Source of the DNA: an uncultured Desulfosarcina sp.
Lineage (GTDB): Bacteria; Desulfobacterota; Desulfobacteria; Desulfobacterales; Desulfosarcinaceae
Reading direction: 5' to 3'
Length of the DNA: 64,000 bases
Assembly (NCBI GenBank): GCA_963674945.2
Contig: CAXXWQ010000004.1
Span: 224,001-288,000, forward strand
Shown: positions 47,537 to 56,784 of the stretch, in pieces
Position numbering within the stretch: the stretch's first letter is position 1
Layout: each line of letters starts with the position of its first letter
Translations under genes and position numbers: made by a program
Notes under the pieces: model-generated
Told to the model about the DNA's origin: nothing
What the model saw: only the letters and a program-made list of their open reading frames with translations
Databases searched by the model: none

Positions 47537-48853
47537 TTACGTATCGAAACGGCCGTGGAAAAGCTCTCTTTGAATAACCCGTGCGTGGCGAGATGCCGCC
47601 CCACGTTGGCTAAGCACCGCTTTCCTGGCCAAGCGTCCCATTCGTATGGCTTTTTCGGGATGCATCAGTAAATCGAGGGTTTTTTCCAATAAGGCATTGG
47701 CATCGTTTACACAAATGCCGCCACCACATTCTTGGAGCAATTTCTTTTCTTCCGTAAAGTCCTCCATGTGGGGGCCAAAGAGAACCGGCTTTTCCTGGAT
47801 GGCCGCTTCAAGGACATTTTGCCCCCCCAGTGGAACGAGACTGCCCCCGCAAAAAACAACCGATGCCAAAGCGTAAATATGGCGCAACTCACCGATGGTG
47901 TTTAAAATAATCACCGGCGCGTGGCGCCTCTCGTCTTCCTGTTCCAGGTCTGTCCGATATTGCCATCGGATCCCTTCTTTCCGGGCAATATTTACGATTC
48001 GAGTGGCTTTCTCGATGTGCCGCGGTGCTATTATGAACACAAGTTCTGGCACATGTCTCGATAATTGTTGATAGACATCCATGAGAAGCGCGAACTCATC
48101 TCCCCGAACGCTTCCCCCTACCCAAACCAAAGACCGTTCATCCAGGGCGAACATCTTTTTGAAAGCACGGACATCATCCTCGGGACATCCCATATGCATC
48201 GCATCAAACTTGACGTTGCCATTTACACAGATTCGTTGTTTCGGTGCCCCAAGGTGATGGATTCGTCTGGCATCGGTTTGTGTGATCATACTAAAGCAGG
48301 AGACCGTTTCGAGAACCGGTTTAAGCAAGGGACGTATTTTTTTGTATGATTGTATGGAACGCGCCGAAATCCGACCATTTGCGATTACGGTCTTGATACC
48401 TGCACGACGGGCGCGAATCAACCAATTGGGCCAGATCTCCGTCTCCATGCAGACGATCAAATCAGGTCGATACGATGCAAGGAAGCGTCCGACAATATGC
48501 CAAATGTCCAGTGGTGCGTATCGAATGGATGCACGTTTGGCGAGCCGATGGTGCGCATATTTTTGGCCGCTACTGGTTGTCGTTGTCAATATGATCGCAG
48601 CCACTGTCCCCATGGCATCCAATGCATGAATGATCGTTTCCGCAGCCTGCACTTCCCCCACGGAAACGGCATGGATCCAGACTCGCGGGTGTTTGACCAA
48701 ATCCATGTGTCGATTCGACAGGTCGTATCCCAATCGTTGGGCGAACGCCTTTCGTCTTTCCTGGTTTCTCGTCCCGATGAACCAGAGGACCGGAAAGAGC
48801 AGCAAGAATGCACCGGATCCCAGTAAAATGTAAACAATATGAAAAAAGGTCAT
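47537..48853 (-). CDS. waaA: 3-deoxy-D-manno-octulosonic acid transferase
   Basis: WIHAVSVGE, APLD, ETEIWPN, NGRIS, GNVKFD, APRH, TIGEL, GGSL..GGQN.LE. Confidence 0.95.
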   Translation of the reverse strand: MTFFHIVYILLGSGAFLLLFPVLWFIGTRNQERRKAFAQRLGYDLSNRHMDLVKHPRVWIHAVSVGEVQAAETIIHALDAMGTVAAIILTTTTSSGQKYAHHRLAKRASIRYAPLDIWHIVGRFLASYRPDLIVCMETEIWPNWLIRARRAGIKTVIANGRISARSIQSYKKIRPLLKPVLETVSCFSMITQTDARRIHHLGAPKQRICVNGNVKFDAMHMGCPEDDVRAFKKMFALDERSLVWVGGSVRGDEFALLMDVYQQLSRHVPELVFIIAPRHIEKATRIVNIARKEGIRWQYRTDLEQEDERRHAPVIILNTIGELRHIYALASVVFCGGSLVPLGGQNVLEAAIQEKPVLFGPHMEDFTEEKKLLQECGGGICVNDANALLEKTLDLLMHPEKAIRMGRLARKAVLSQRGAASRHARVIQRELFHGRFDT

Positions 48854-50943
48854 TGTGAAGGAGGCGGCAGTTGGTCTTTTTCCGTCATTTCCCTTTCAGG
48901 CGTCCGTTGAATCTGGGTGAACCGACCATCATCGATCGTAAGCATCGATAACTGCTTATCCGCCTCACCGTTTGCCAAGAAAGCGGTTCGCCCCGTAACG
49001 CCATCATAATCGGCAATTTGTAAAAAAGCGTCCTTCAATTCTCTCCTTGAGTCGGTTGTTGTTTTCCGCATGGTTTCAAATACCATCATGGCGGTATCGT
49101 ATGCCATTGCCTCGACAATCCCCGGAATCCGTCCAAACGCCTCCGTAAAGGCCGCCACGAATTCACGAACATGCTCATTTTCACTTTCAGCGAAGAAACC
49201 ATCCACAATCAGAGACGACTTGATATACGCACCGGACATTTTTAAAAGGGTGTTGGAATGCCATAAATTGGTACCCATCAGCGTAACATCCTGGATATCA
49301 TAATAGGCCAGTTGCGGAATCACCAGACCCGCCTTTTTGGGTGCATCGGGAATGAAAACGGCATCGAAATCAACGATGGGATGCCACCGATCCTCTTCAT
49401 TCCGGACCCTGCGGGAAAGGTTGTCGATAATAGGCCGTGGAAAAGGAAGACCGGTGATCCGCTCCACCGGATCCATCGCAGCGTAAAAGCGCTCCGGGTC
49501 TGAAAGGTCCATTTCTGTTAAGGGTTGAAAAGGTTTCTTCGGCAAACCTTCGGCGGCCAGTTCTGGAGGGACATCGAAATAAATGCCCGTCAGTTTCTTA
49601 ATCGGTTTGCTAAAATCCGTTCCAGTTGGATCATAGGCCTCAACACCGGTTACCAGCCCCCCGTGCGCAATGACCTGATCCCAGAAAAGATTCATATACC
49701 GCTGGCCGTAGTTTTCCCGGGGATAGAGAATCGCAAAACGCGACATATTCAACTCATCTATGGAAAAAGAGACGAGAGCGCGCACTTGCATTTCGGGTGT
49801 AATGAAATTTCTGAATACATAGGGTCCGATATTGGGCAGTGCCTCTCGCTGTGTGAAAAGAAAAATCGGTACACCGCTGGCCTGGGAACGGTCGGCAGCA
49901 GATTCCGATGCGGCCATGGGTCCCAGTATCGCCCCCACCTTTTTCAGATCCAAGGAATCGACGGACTTTACGGCAGCAAACGAATCGGAACGGGAATCTT
50001 CGATGAAGATCTGGAACTCGATTCCATCTGCCTCTTTGCCAATATGGTCCAGTGCCAGCGTGATACCATCCAAAAGACGTCGACCATACAGGGAATAGGC
50101 GCCGGAAAGCGGGACGACACAACCGATTGTAAAGGGAACAAACCGCTGGCGCTCTGTTAATGTCTGGATCATAGTCACTGCATCCGAATAATCCGGATGA
50201 TTGGGATATCGATCCACGAAGGCATTGAGTACATCCATGGCCTGGTCGTAGTCTTCTTCCAGGAGAAAGGCCATGCCGAGACGGTACAGAAGGATACCTT
50301 CGACCCGCGGTTCAAAGACCTGCACCACCATCTGCGCAAGGTCCTGGGATTCGAGGCCTTCGATGGCGTCCAGGAACTGTGTCCAAGCTTCTTCTTTTTC
50401 CGAATCGGGGGCAGCCCGCCAAGCCAAAAGGTAAAAATTCGCGGATTCCAAATTCGCTCCCAATGCGCCATAGGCCCTTGCGATGATGTTGTAGATCGGT
50501 CCATTTCGTGCAACATAGGCTGTTGCATCCACGTATGCCGTTCCATCGGTGACGACTGTCGCGAAGTCATTTCTTTCGTATAATATGTTCAGAATTTCCA
50601 ATACGGCGTCCGGTACCCATGCACTTTCGGGAAACTCATTTCTCAATCTGGAAAAGACGGCCAATGCTCCTTCATTTTGGCCTGTCTTTTTGAGAATCTC
50701 ACCGATTTTGAAAAGCACAGCGTCCACCATCCGATCATCTTTGGTGTCGCGCAAAAATTCGTTGTACCCTTCCAGGGCTTCGGCATATCGACCATTTTTC
50801 GAAGCGATCTCAGCATTTCGATACCCTGCATGATCCGGTATATACGCAACTGGCTTCTCATCGGGAACCGACAGTGGTTTCGGTCCACAACTCGTAAAAA
50901 CAGCCAAAAGGAGTAGAATCAAAAGGCGAGTAATCAAACGCAT
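48850..50943 (-). CDS. Lipoprotein with TPRs and a periplasmic-binding-protein-like domain (LpoA/LppC-type PBP activator)
   Basis: Lipobox FTSC; TPR helices; IGCVVPLSG, ILGP, YDTAM, YDGVTG. Confidence 0.8.
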   Translation of the reverse strand: MRLITRLLILLLLAVFTSCGPKPLSVPDEKPVAYIPDHAGYRNAEIASKNGRYAEALEGYNEFLRDTKDDRMVDAVLFKIGEILKKTGQNEGALAVFSRLRNEFPESAWVPDAVLEILNILYERNDFATVVTDGTAYVDATAYVARNGPIYNIIARAYGALGANLESANFYLLAWRAAPDSEKEEAWTQFLDAIEGLESQDLAQMVVQVFEPRVEGILLYRLGMAFLLEEDYDQAMDVLNAFVDRYPNHPDYSDAVTMIQTLTERQRFVPFTIGCVVPLSGAYSLYGRRLLDGITLALDHIGKEADGIEFQIFIEDSRSDSFAAVKSVDSLDLKKVGAILGPMAASESAADRSQASGVPIFLFTQREALPNIGPYVFRNFITPEMQVRALVSFSIDELNMSRFAILYPRENYGQRYMNLFWDQVIAHGGLVTGVEAYDPTGTDFSKPIKKLTGIYFDVPPELAAEGLPKKPFQPLTEMDLSDPERFYAAMDPVERITGLPFPRPIIDNLSRRVRNEEDRWHPIVDFDAVFIPDAPKKAGLVIPQLAYYDIQDVTLMGTNLWHSNTLLKMSGAYIKSSLIVDGFFAESENEHVREFVAAFTEAFGRIPGIVEAMAYDTAMMVFETMRKTTTDSRRELKDAFLQIADYDGVTGRTAFLANGEADKQLSMLTIDDGRFTQIQRTPEREMTEKDQLPPPSQ

Positions 50944-51195
50944 CTGTGTCGTCCCTTTAAAAATTGAGAAAATGCCAAGTTGGCATGGTTTACTCTACAC
51001 GAGCCATTTGCATTGTCAAACATTAGTTTATCCAAGGATATAGCGAGCCTTGACCCACACTCGCATTCCATCTCGCGCTGCACCATAAGATGTCGACGGT
51101 ACTTGACATCTTCACGATATCGACATTATAGTCGAACATCTTCTACGTGCAAGACGCCGACTACGATTTTGTTCCTCAAAATAAAGGTCAAATCC

Positions 51196-51723
51196 ATGAA
51201 AAATTCAATTTTGGCATTGGTGGCACTCTTTTCACTCCTCTTTTTGACAATTACAGCACAGACGTACGCCGAAATGTACAAATATGTCGATGAAAACGGA
51301 CAAACCCGGTGGACCGACGATCTCGGCCAGGTGCCGAAAGCGTACCGGGAGGCGGTGCAGATGGTGGAAAGCATCGAGCCGGAACCGGAAAGCTTGGACG
51401 CATCACAAACCGGTGATGATAACAACATCCCCTTGGATTCCCAGTCTGAGGAATCGAACAAGGATGTGGATTCCGCCTCAAACGCCCAATTGGATCCCAC
51501 AGCCTTGGAAAAGGAAAGGGCGGATTTGGATGCCTTTTATCGGGAACTTCAGGAAGAGAGAAAAACCATCGAACAGTTAAAACAGGAAGAAGGCGATACC
51601 GAGGCGCAGAAAGAGCTCAACATTCGGATTACTGAATTCAATCAGAAGACACAGCAATATGAAATGAAATTAAGCCAATTTAACGAGCGCGTGAAGGCTT
51701 ACAATCAACAAATTAACGAATAA
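51196..51723 (+). CDS. Exported DUF4124 domain protein with coiled-coil tail
   Basis: Signal peptide, then AEMYKYVDENGQTRWTDD..QVP. Confidence 0.85.
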   Translation: MKNSILALVALFSLLFLTITAQTYAEMYKYVDENGQTRWTDDLGQVPKAYREAVQMVESIEPEPESLDASQTGDDNNIPLDSQSEESNKDVDSASNAQLDPTALEKERADLDAFYRELQEERKTIEQLKQEEGDTEAQKELNIRITEFNQKTQQYEMKLSQFNERVKAYNQQINE

Positions 51724-51762
51724 CCGATCATACAAAAAGACAACCCTGTAAGGAGGTTCGCC

Positions 51763-53046
51763 ATGACGACTTCAACCAGCGATTTTGCCAAAGCGATCTC
51801 GGTGGGCCGCCCACCCAATATCCAGAAACTTTTTCCCAACTCCAAGGCGCTCTTGGTCAGTGGAAAATTTATCGATCTGGCCATGCTCAAGAAACAAGAT
51901 GCAATCTGCATGGCGGCAAATGGCAGAAACAGCTTCGTTATTCGTGGGGCGCTGAAAGCCGCCCAGAGGGCAAATTCAGCGCTGATCATCGAAATCGCCC
52001 GGAGTGAGGGTGGCGCCAATGCCTATTGTGCTGTGAATTATTGGAATATTGCCATGATTGTAGATGCCACCTGCAATGAGTTGGGAATCACCATTCCCGT
52101 GGCATTGCACGCAGACCACTATGGCATCAAGAGTCAGGATGATATCCCCGACGCAAAAATCGAGATTCCCACAATTTTCGAGGCTGGCATCACATCCATT
52201 GCCATCGATGCAAGCCATCTTCCCGATGACCAGAACCTTTTGGCCAACCTGGAGTTGAATCCCTTTATTCCCGATTGGGCGGGCATGGAGACTGAAATAG
52301 GTGAAATTAAAGGAAAACTTGGCTTATCAACAAAAGAGGAGGCACTCTTTCTAATTCAGGGATTAAACGCCCATGACATTTTTCCCAATTGGATCGCCCT
52401 GAACAACGGTACCGTCCACGGGATAGAGGCCAGCGGACAAGGGATCCAGGTGGAGCTGACACGACAGATCCACAAGGCATTGGAGCCGTACCACGTTTCA
52501 GGTGCCCAACATGGCACTTCCGGTAACAGCTCACAGCGCCTTCGGGAGATTGCCAATCAAACCAACACCACCAAAGCCAACGTTGCCACAGCCTTACAGA
52601 TGATCTCCTGGGGGCTTGAGGTAAACGACTATGGTAATGCGGCATTGGACGAAGACGGCAATTTTATCAAGGTCCCGGAACAAGGTGTTACCGAAGCCAT
52701 GTGGGAAAAAATGGTGTTGTATGCCAAGGAGAAAGGCTTGACGGGTGGCAACTTTAAAAAACTCAACAGCCCCTTCGAAAACAAATTGTTGGGGCAACCC
52801 AAAAATATTCGGGAAAGAATGGAAAAACGGGTCGAAGATTTTGTTTACACAATGCTGGTCGATGTTTTCAATGCCCAGGATTCGGCAGATTTGGCAATCG
52901 AAGAAGTTCTTGCGACCAATGGTTACGATCCAGGCCCAAAAGCCCAGCGAATCGAGGACCCAAAAGATTGGACACGGGAAAAAATCGTGGAACGAGGCGC
53001 AACATTATCAGAGGATAGTGGCCCGGAAGGCGACTTCGATGACTAA
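51763..53046 (+). CDS. fba: Class II fructose-bisphosphate aldolase family protein
   Basis: HADH, IDASH, ETEIGEI, GTVHG, QHGTSG, KANVAT; AAGGAGG RBS. Confidence 0.88.
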   Translation: MTTSTSDFAKAISVGRPPNIQKLFPNSKALLVSGKFIDLAMLKKQDAICMAANGRNSFVIRGALKAAQRANSALIIEIARSEGGANAYCAVNYWNIAMIVDATCNELGITIPVALHADHYGIKSQDDIPDAKIEIPTIFEAGITSIAIDASHLPDDQNLLANLELNPFIPDWAGMETEIGEIKGKLGLSTKEEALFLIQGLNAHDIFPNWIALNNGTVHGIEASGQGIQVELTRQIHKALEPYHVSGAQHGTSGNSSQRLREIANQTNTTKANVATALQMISWGLEVNDYGNAALDEDGNFIKVPEQGVTEAMWEKMVLYAKEKGLTGGNFKKLNSPFENKLLGQPKNIRERMEKRVEDFVYTMLVDVFNAQDSADLAIEEVLATNGYDPGPKAQRIEDPKDWTREKIVERGATLSEDSGPEGDFDD

Positions 53047-53107
53047 CGGACGAAAGCCAATGTTTCCCAAAAGAAACTGTTGGCCGCCCAATTTCCGATA
53101 TACAAGC

Positions 53108-53134
53108 TAAAGAAAACAGCCCATAAACCGATAA
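53108..53134 (+). promoter_or_regulatory. Sigma28-type promoter candidate (distal)
   Basis: TAAA-N15-ACCGATAA. Confidence 0.4.
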
Positions 53135-53260
53135 CACTGCCGGATCATATCGACTCGGCAGTGTTTTTTTCCTGCCAGCACCTGCCTCCTGAAAAGAAGT
53201 CGTTTTTCAATAAATTTCCTTCATTTCACCTTCCATGTGACACTCACGTTTTTAATTTTC

Positions 53261-53288
53261 TAAAGTTTTCTTCTGGACCTGCCGATAG
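53261..53288 (+). promoter_or_regulatory. Sigma28 (FliA)-type promoter (proximal)
   Basis: TAAAGTTT...GCCGATAG (TAAA-N16-GCCGATAG), 19 nt before ATG 53308 with GGAGG in between. Confidence 0.7.
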
Positions 53289-53307
53289 TGACATCGGAGG
53301 AAGTGTT

Positions 53308-53724
53308 ATGTACATACAGAGCTATCAAATTCATAATGTGTTAAATGTCTATCGTAGACAATTGAGTCAGGGGAAGTCCGAACATTCCCAAAATACGAAA
53401 ATACCGGAAAACAAATCGGACGCGGTTACCATCTCTGCAGAGGGCAGAAATCAGTCCATCATGGAGAAAGTAACCGCTAATGTACTGAAAAAAATAACAA
53501 ATATATTGCCAGATAAAGATTTCGACCAAAGAATGATCGGCCAGGCGCAACAAGAAAAGAGTGAAATGGTCCGTGTCCGAAAAGAAAATACATTTACCTT
53601 CAACACGATTGATAAGAATAATCTGAAAGAGACCCGATCCATTGCCGTCGACGATTTCAAAGGATTGATGAATCAACTGGATGAACTGGCGAAGGCGGCC
53701 GTGAACCTGGACAATACCGATTGA
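53308..53724 (+). CDS. Hypothetical protein, probably flagellar regulon (DVU0524-like)
   Basis: MYIQSYQIHNVLNVYRRQL...DAVTISAEGR (D-x-V-x-I-S motif seen in FlgM-like proteins); sigma28 promoter. Confidence 0.7.
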   Translation: MYIQSYQIHNVLNVYRRQLSQGKSEHSQNTKIPENKSDAVTISAEGRNQSIMEKVTANVLKKITNILPDKDFDQRMIGQAQQEKSEMVRVRKENTFTFNTIDKNNLKETRSIAVDDFKGLMNQLDELAKAAVNLDNTD

Positions 53725-53791
53725 CCCAAACAGTTTCCGATGAAAGGATAGCGGAAAGGAAACAAATTTGTAGAAAACAAAGGGGGTTGCC

Positions 53792-54088
53792 ATGTTGGAT
53801 GCAATTGGCGAATCAGTCGTCAGAACGACGGCACGCACAGACAACAATCTGGCGGTGGAAAATAAGGAAACGGTTCTTGAAAAAATCGAGAAAGTCGTTG
53901 AAGAGCGACCTGTGGAAAGCTCCAAAGAAGGAGCGAAACCCGATTCCGAAAACAAAAATGATACGGGTAAAAAGAGAGGGAGCTATGAGGTCGACGAGGA
54001 TGGTGTATTCTTAGAAAAATATGACAAAAAAGGGAATGTGGTCTACCGTACGCCACCAGAGGAAAAACCCATAGATAAGCATGTGTAG
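53792..54088 (+). CDS. Small protein, divergent FlaG-like
   Basis: C-terminal EKYDKKGNVVYRTPPEE resembles the FlaG GEVIRQIPPEE motif; GGGGG RBS. Confidence 0.55.
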   Translation: MLDAIGESVVRTTARTDNNLAVENKETVLEKIEKVVEERPVESSKEGAKPDSENKNDTGKKRGSYEVDEDGVFLEKYDKKGNVVYRTPPEEKPIDKHV

Positions 54089-54111
54089 GACACATCCTTT
54101 TTCCCGAAGAA

Positions 54112-54140
54112 ATGAGGTCGGCCTTGATGGCTGGCCTCAT
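54112..54140. terminator. Hairpin between convergent genes
   Basis: ATGAGGTCGGCC-TTGAT-GGCTGGCCTCAT with G-U pairs; no clear U-tract. Confidence 0.4.
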
Positions 54141-54165
54141 CCTGAAAATGATGATGGTTACACCG

Positions 54166-54981
54166 TCAGGCGAAACGGGCTTTTGCATCTTCCCAAACGG
54201 AGTTCATTTCTTGTAGGGTGAGATCTTCGATCTTTCTCCCCTCCCCGATGGCCTTTTCTTCCATAAAGGCAAATCTTTTTTCGAACTTTTGAATAGAGCG
54301 AATGAGCGCAATCTCCGGATGGATGCGAGCAAAACGTGCTACATTTACCATCGTAAACAAAATATCACCAAATTCGACAGTGGCCTTATCATGCCCACAT
54401 GGATCATCAAGGTTGGCAATTTCCTTTGAGAATTCCTTCCACTCCTCCATGGTTTTGTCCATCACCGAAATGATATTGTCCCAGTCAAAACCGGTTCGAG
54501 CGGCCCGCTCGGAAACAATAGATGCCCGAACCAAACCAGACGCACTTTTCGGAATACTGCTTAAAACAGTGGAAGCTTCGGAATCGCGTTTCTCCGCTCG
54601 TTTTATCTCTTCCCAATTTTCACGTACTTTTTCAGTTGTTTGGGCAGTAGCGTCACCAAAGACATGGGGGTGCCTGCGCACCATTTTTTTTAAATTTTTC
54701 TCTATCACCGTCGCAAGATCAAAGTCCCCGGATGTCGTGAACATATGAATGATGAAAAGTAATTGGAACATGACATCGCCGGCCTCTTCACATATATCCG
54801 TTGTATCTTCCGATAAAATTGCATCCACCAATTCGTATACTTCTTCAATAAGATAGCGAGTCATTGAGGCCGGTGTCTGCTTTTTATCCCAAGGACACCC
54901 TTTGGGTCCTCGCAAGGTTTCGATGAGAGTGGTGATGGGTGCAACACAAGTGGCGGGTGTGGGTCTTATCGTGTCTGCCAA
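54166..54981 (-). CDS. mazG: Nucleoside triphosphate pyrophosphohydrolase MazG
   Basis: LRGPKGCPWD, EEVYE, EEAGD, RRHPHVF, GFDW, EFGDILF. Confidence 0.95.
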   Translation of the reverse strand: MADTIRPTPATCVAPITTLIETLRGPKGCPWDKKQTPASMTRYLIEEVYELVDAILSEDTTDICEEAGDVMFQLLFIIHMFTTSGDFDLATVIEKNLKKMVRRHPHVFGDATAQTTEKVRENWEEIKRAEKRDSEASTVLSSIPKSASGLVRASIVSERAARTGFDWDNIISVMDKTMEEWKEFSKEIANLDDPCGHDKATVEFGDILFTMVNVARFARIHPEIALIRSIQKFEKRFAFMEEKAIGEGRKIEDLTLQEMNSVWEDAKARFA

Positions 54982-55490
54982 AATTTCTGTAAATCCTTAA
55001 TCTTTGATGAAAAGTTTGACTTCATCTCTTTTGAGAGTACCTTTGCCAGGACTTCTGATGTCGCTGAAACATGGGGAGCCAGGACGGAGTTTTTGAGAAG
55101 GGTCGATCCTTTGGGCAAAAAGGCAGCTAACACAATGAACAGGACACAAACGACCAAGCACCCTTTGACCAATCCAAACACGGCTCCACCAAGCCGGTCC
55201 AGCCACCCCAGAAAGGCAATATTCAAAAGATACTTAATGACCACGGCAAGCACACCAACAACGATAACAGCAGCAGAAAATATAATCAAATAACTGATAA
55301 TATTTTGGTATGCCGGTGTCGTGATCCAAGACGATATCAGCCGGGCCAAGTGAGGATAGTATGTGTACGCACCGTAAAAACCACCTAACACACCGATAAT
55401 AGAGGATATCTCTCTCACCACCCCCCTAAAAATTCCTCGGATCAATCCGTACGCGAGGATGGTAATGATCAAAATATCGAAAGGATTCAT
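54966..55490 (-). CDS. cvpA: CvpA family membrane protein
   Basis: MNPFD, GIFRGVVRE, LDRLGGAVFGLVKG. Confidence 0.9.
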   Translation of the reverse strand: MNPFDILIITILAYGLIRGIFRGVVREISSIIGVLGGFYGAYTYYPHLARLISSWITTPAYQNIISYLIIFSAAVIVVGVLAVVIKYLLNIAFLGWLDRLGGAVFGLVKGCLVVCVLFIVLAAFLPKGSTLLKNSVLAPHVSATSEVLAKVLSKEMKSNFSSKIKDLQKFWQTR

Positions 55491-55669
55491 AATTGTCCTT
55501 AAAAAACAAGCGATAGCGAGTTAGAAAAAGTTAGAGTTAGCAAAGCGGCAAAAGCCAGTCAAGCCTTTTCACCAAAACCAGTATGGGATTTGGCGTTTGC
55601 ATTCCAACCAAAAGTCGGATATGCCAATCCCATTAAAGGAGTGGATCCATTGTCACTGGATTCAATCGT

Positions 55670-55698
55670 TTGACAATTGAGTGGTGAGGCCCCATACT
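55670..55698 (+). promoter_or_regulatory. Sigma70-type promoter for the phoH operon
   Basis: TTGACA-N17-CATACT about 50 nt before ATG 55747. Confidence 0.55.
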
Positions 55699-55746
55699 TT
55701 GGACAATTTGTCGTTCGGGGAACGCGATTTTGTGACAGAGCAGATT

Positions 55747-56742
55747 ATGGAAAATTGCACACGAAGCAAACAAGCGCGACTTAGCTTTTCCAATGTAGAA
55801 TTGGCCAGACAGCTCTTTGGTGAACAGGACAATCACCTAAAGCGACTTGCCGACCTTCTGGGAATCGATATCCACGGACGGGGCAACACAATAGATTTGA
55901 AGGGGGAAGCCCATGCCGTCAATCTTGGAAGGAATGTGTTTGAGCAATTGTATGGACTGCTGAAGGAGAATTATCCGATTTATTCCAGCGATATTGACTA
56001 CGCCCTGCGAATTCTGCGAGAAAATCACAGTGCGGATCTTAAAGAAATTTTCCTGGATACCGTTTTTATCACTTCCAAAAAACGGGCGATTACACCAAGG
56101 AACCAGAACCAGAAAATCTATATCGAAGCCATGCGAAACTTCGATATCGTATTTGGGATCGGCCCCGCTGGAACGGGAAAAACCTACTTGGCTATGGCCA
56201 TGGCCGTATCTGCCTTGACCAAGGGGATCGTCAGTCGGATCATTCTGACGCGGCCCGCCGTGGAAGCCGGTGAATCCCTGGGTTTTTTGCCGGGGGATCT
56301 GACGGACAAAGTCGACCCTTACCTTAGACCTCTATATGATGCGCTTCACGACATGATGCGATTCGAAAAGGTCGCCACATTGATGCAAAACGGGGTGATT
56401 GAAGTTGCGCCATTGGCTTTCATGCGGGGAAGAACCCTCAACGAAGCGTTTATCATTTTAGATGAAGCCCAAAATACGACAACCGAACAGATGAAGATGT
56501 TTCTGACCCGAATCGGTTTCAACTCCAAGGCCGTTGTGACCGGAGATATCACCCAAATCGACCTACCGACGGGAAAATCATCTGGACTTGTCGAGGCCAA
56601 GGAGATTTTAACTTCGGTTGAAGGTATTCAGTTTATTCACTTTACCCGGCACGATGTTGTCCGGCATCGATTGGTACAGTGCATTATCGACGCCTATGAA
56701 AAGATGGAAGCCAATCGCCGCACCAATGAATCGAACCGATAA
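55747..56742 (+). CDS. phoH: PhoH-like ATPase (YbeZ type)
   Basis: GPAGTGKT, RPAVEAGE.LGFLPG, AFMRGRT, DEAQN, GDITQIDLP, DVVRH. Confidence 0.95.
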   Translation: MENCTRSKQARLSFSNVELARQLFGEQDNHLKRLADLLGIDIHGRGNTIDLKGEAHAVNLGRNVFEQLYGLLKENYPIYSSDIDYALRILRENHSADLKEIFLDTVFITSKKRAITPRNQNQKIYIEAMRNFDIVFGIGPAGTGKTYLAMAMAVSALTKGIVSRIILTRPAVEAGESLGFLPGDLTDKVDPYLRPLYDALHDMMRFEKVATLMQNGVIEVAPLAFMRGRTLNEAFIILDEAQNTTTEQMKMFLTRIGFNSKAVVTGDITQIDLPTGKSSGLVEAKEILTSVEGIQFIHFTRHDVVRHRLVQCIIDAYEKMEANRRTNESNR

Positions 56743-56784
56743 ATTAAAGGTGTATTACGGCCCTTTTGCTGTCGTGGGCACCAC

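Noticed and set aside
50972..50986. Palindrome ATGCCAA-G-TTGGCAT upstream of the LpoA-like gene
   Set aside because: Single occurrence with no candidate regulator; the TGGCAT is not followed by a sigma54 -12 element.
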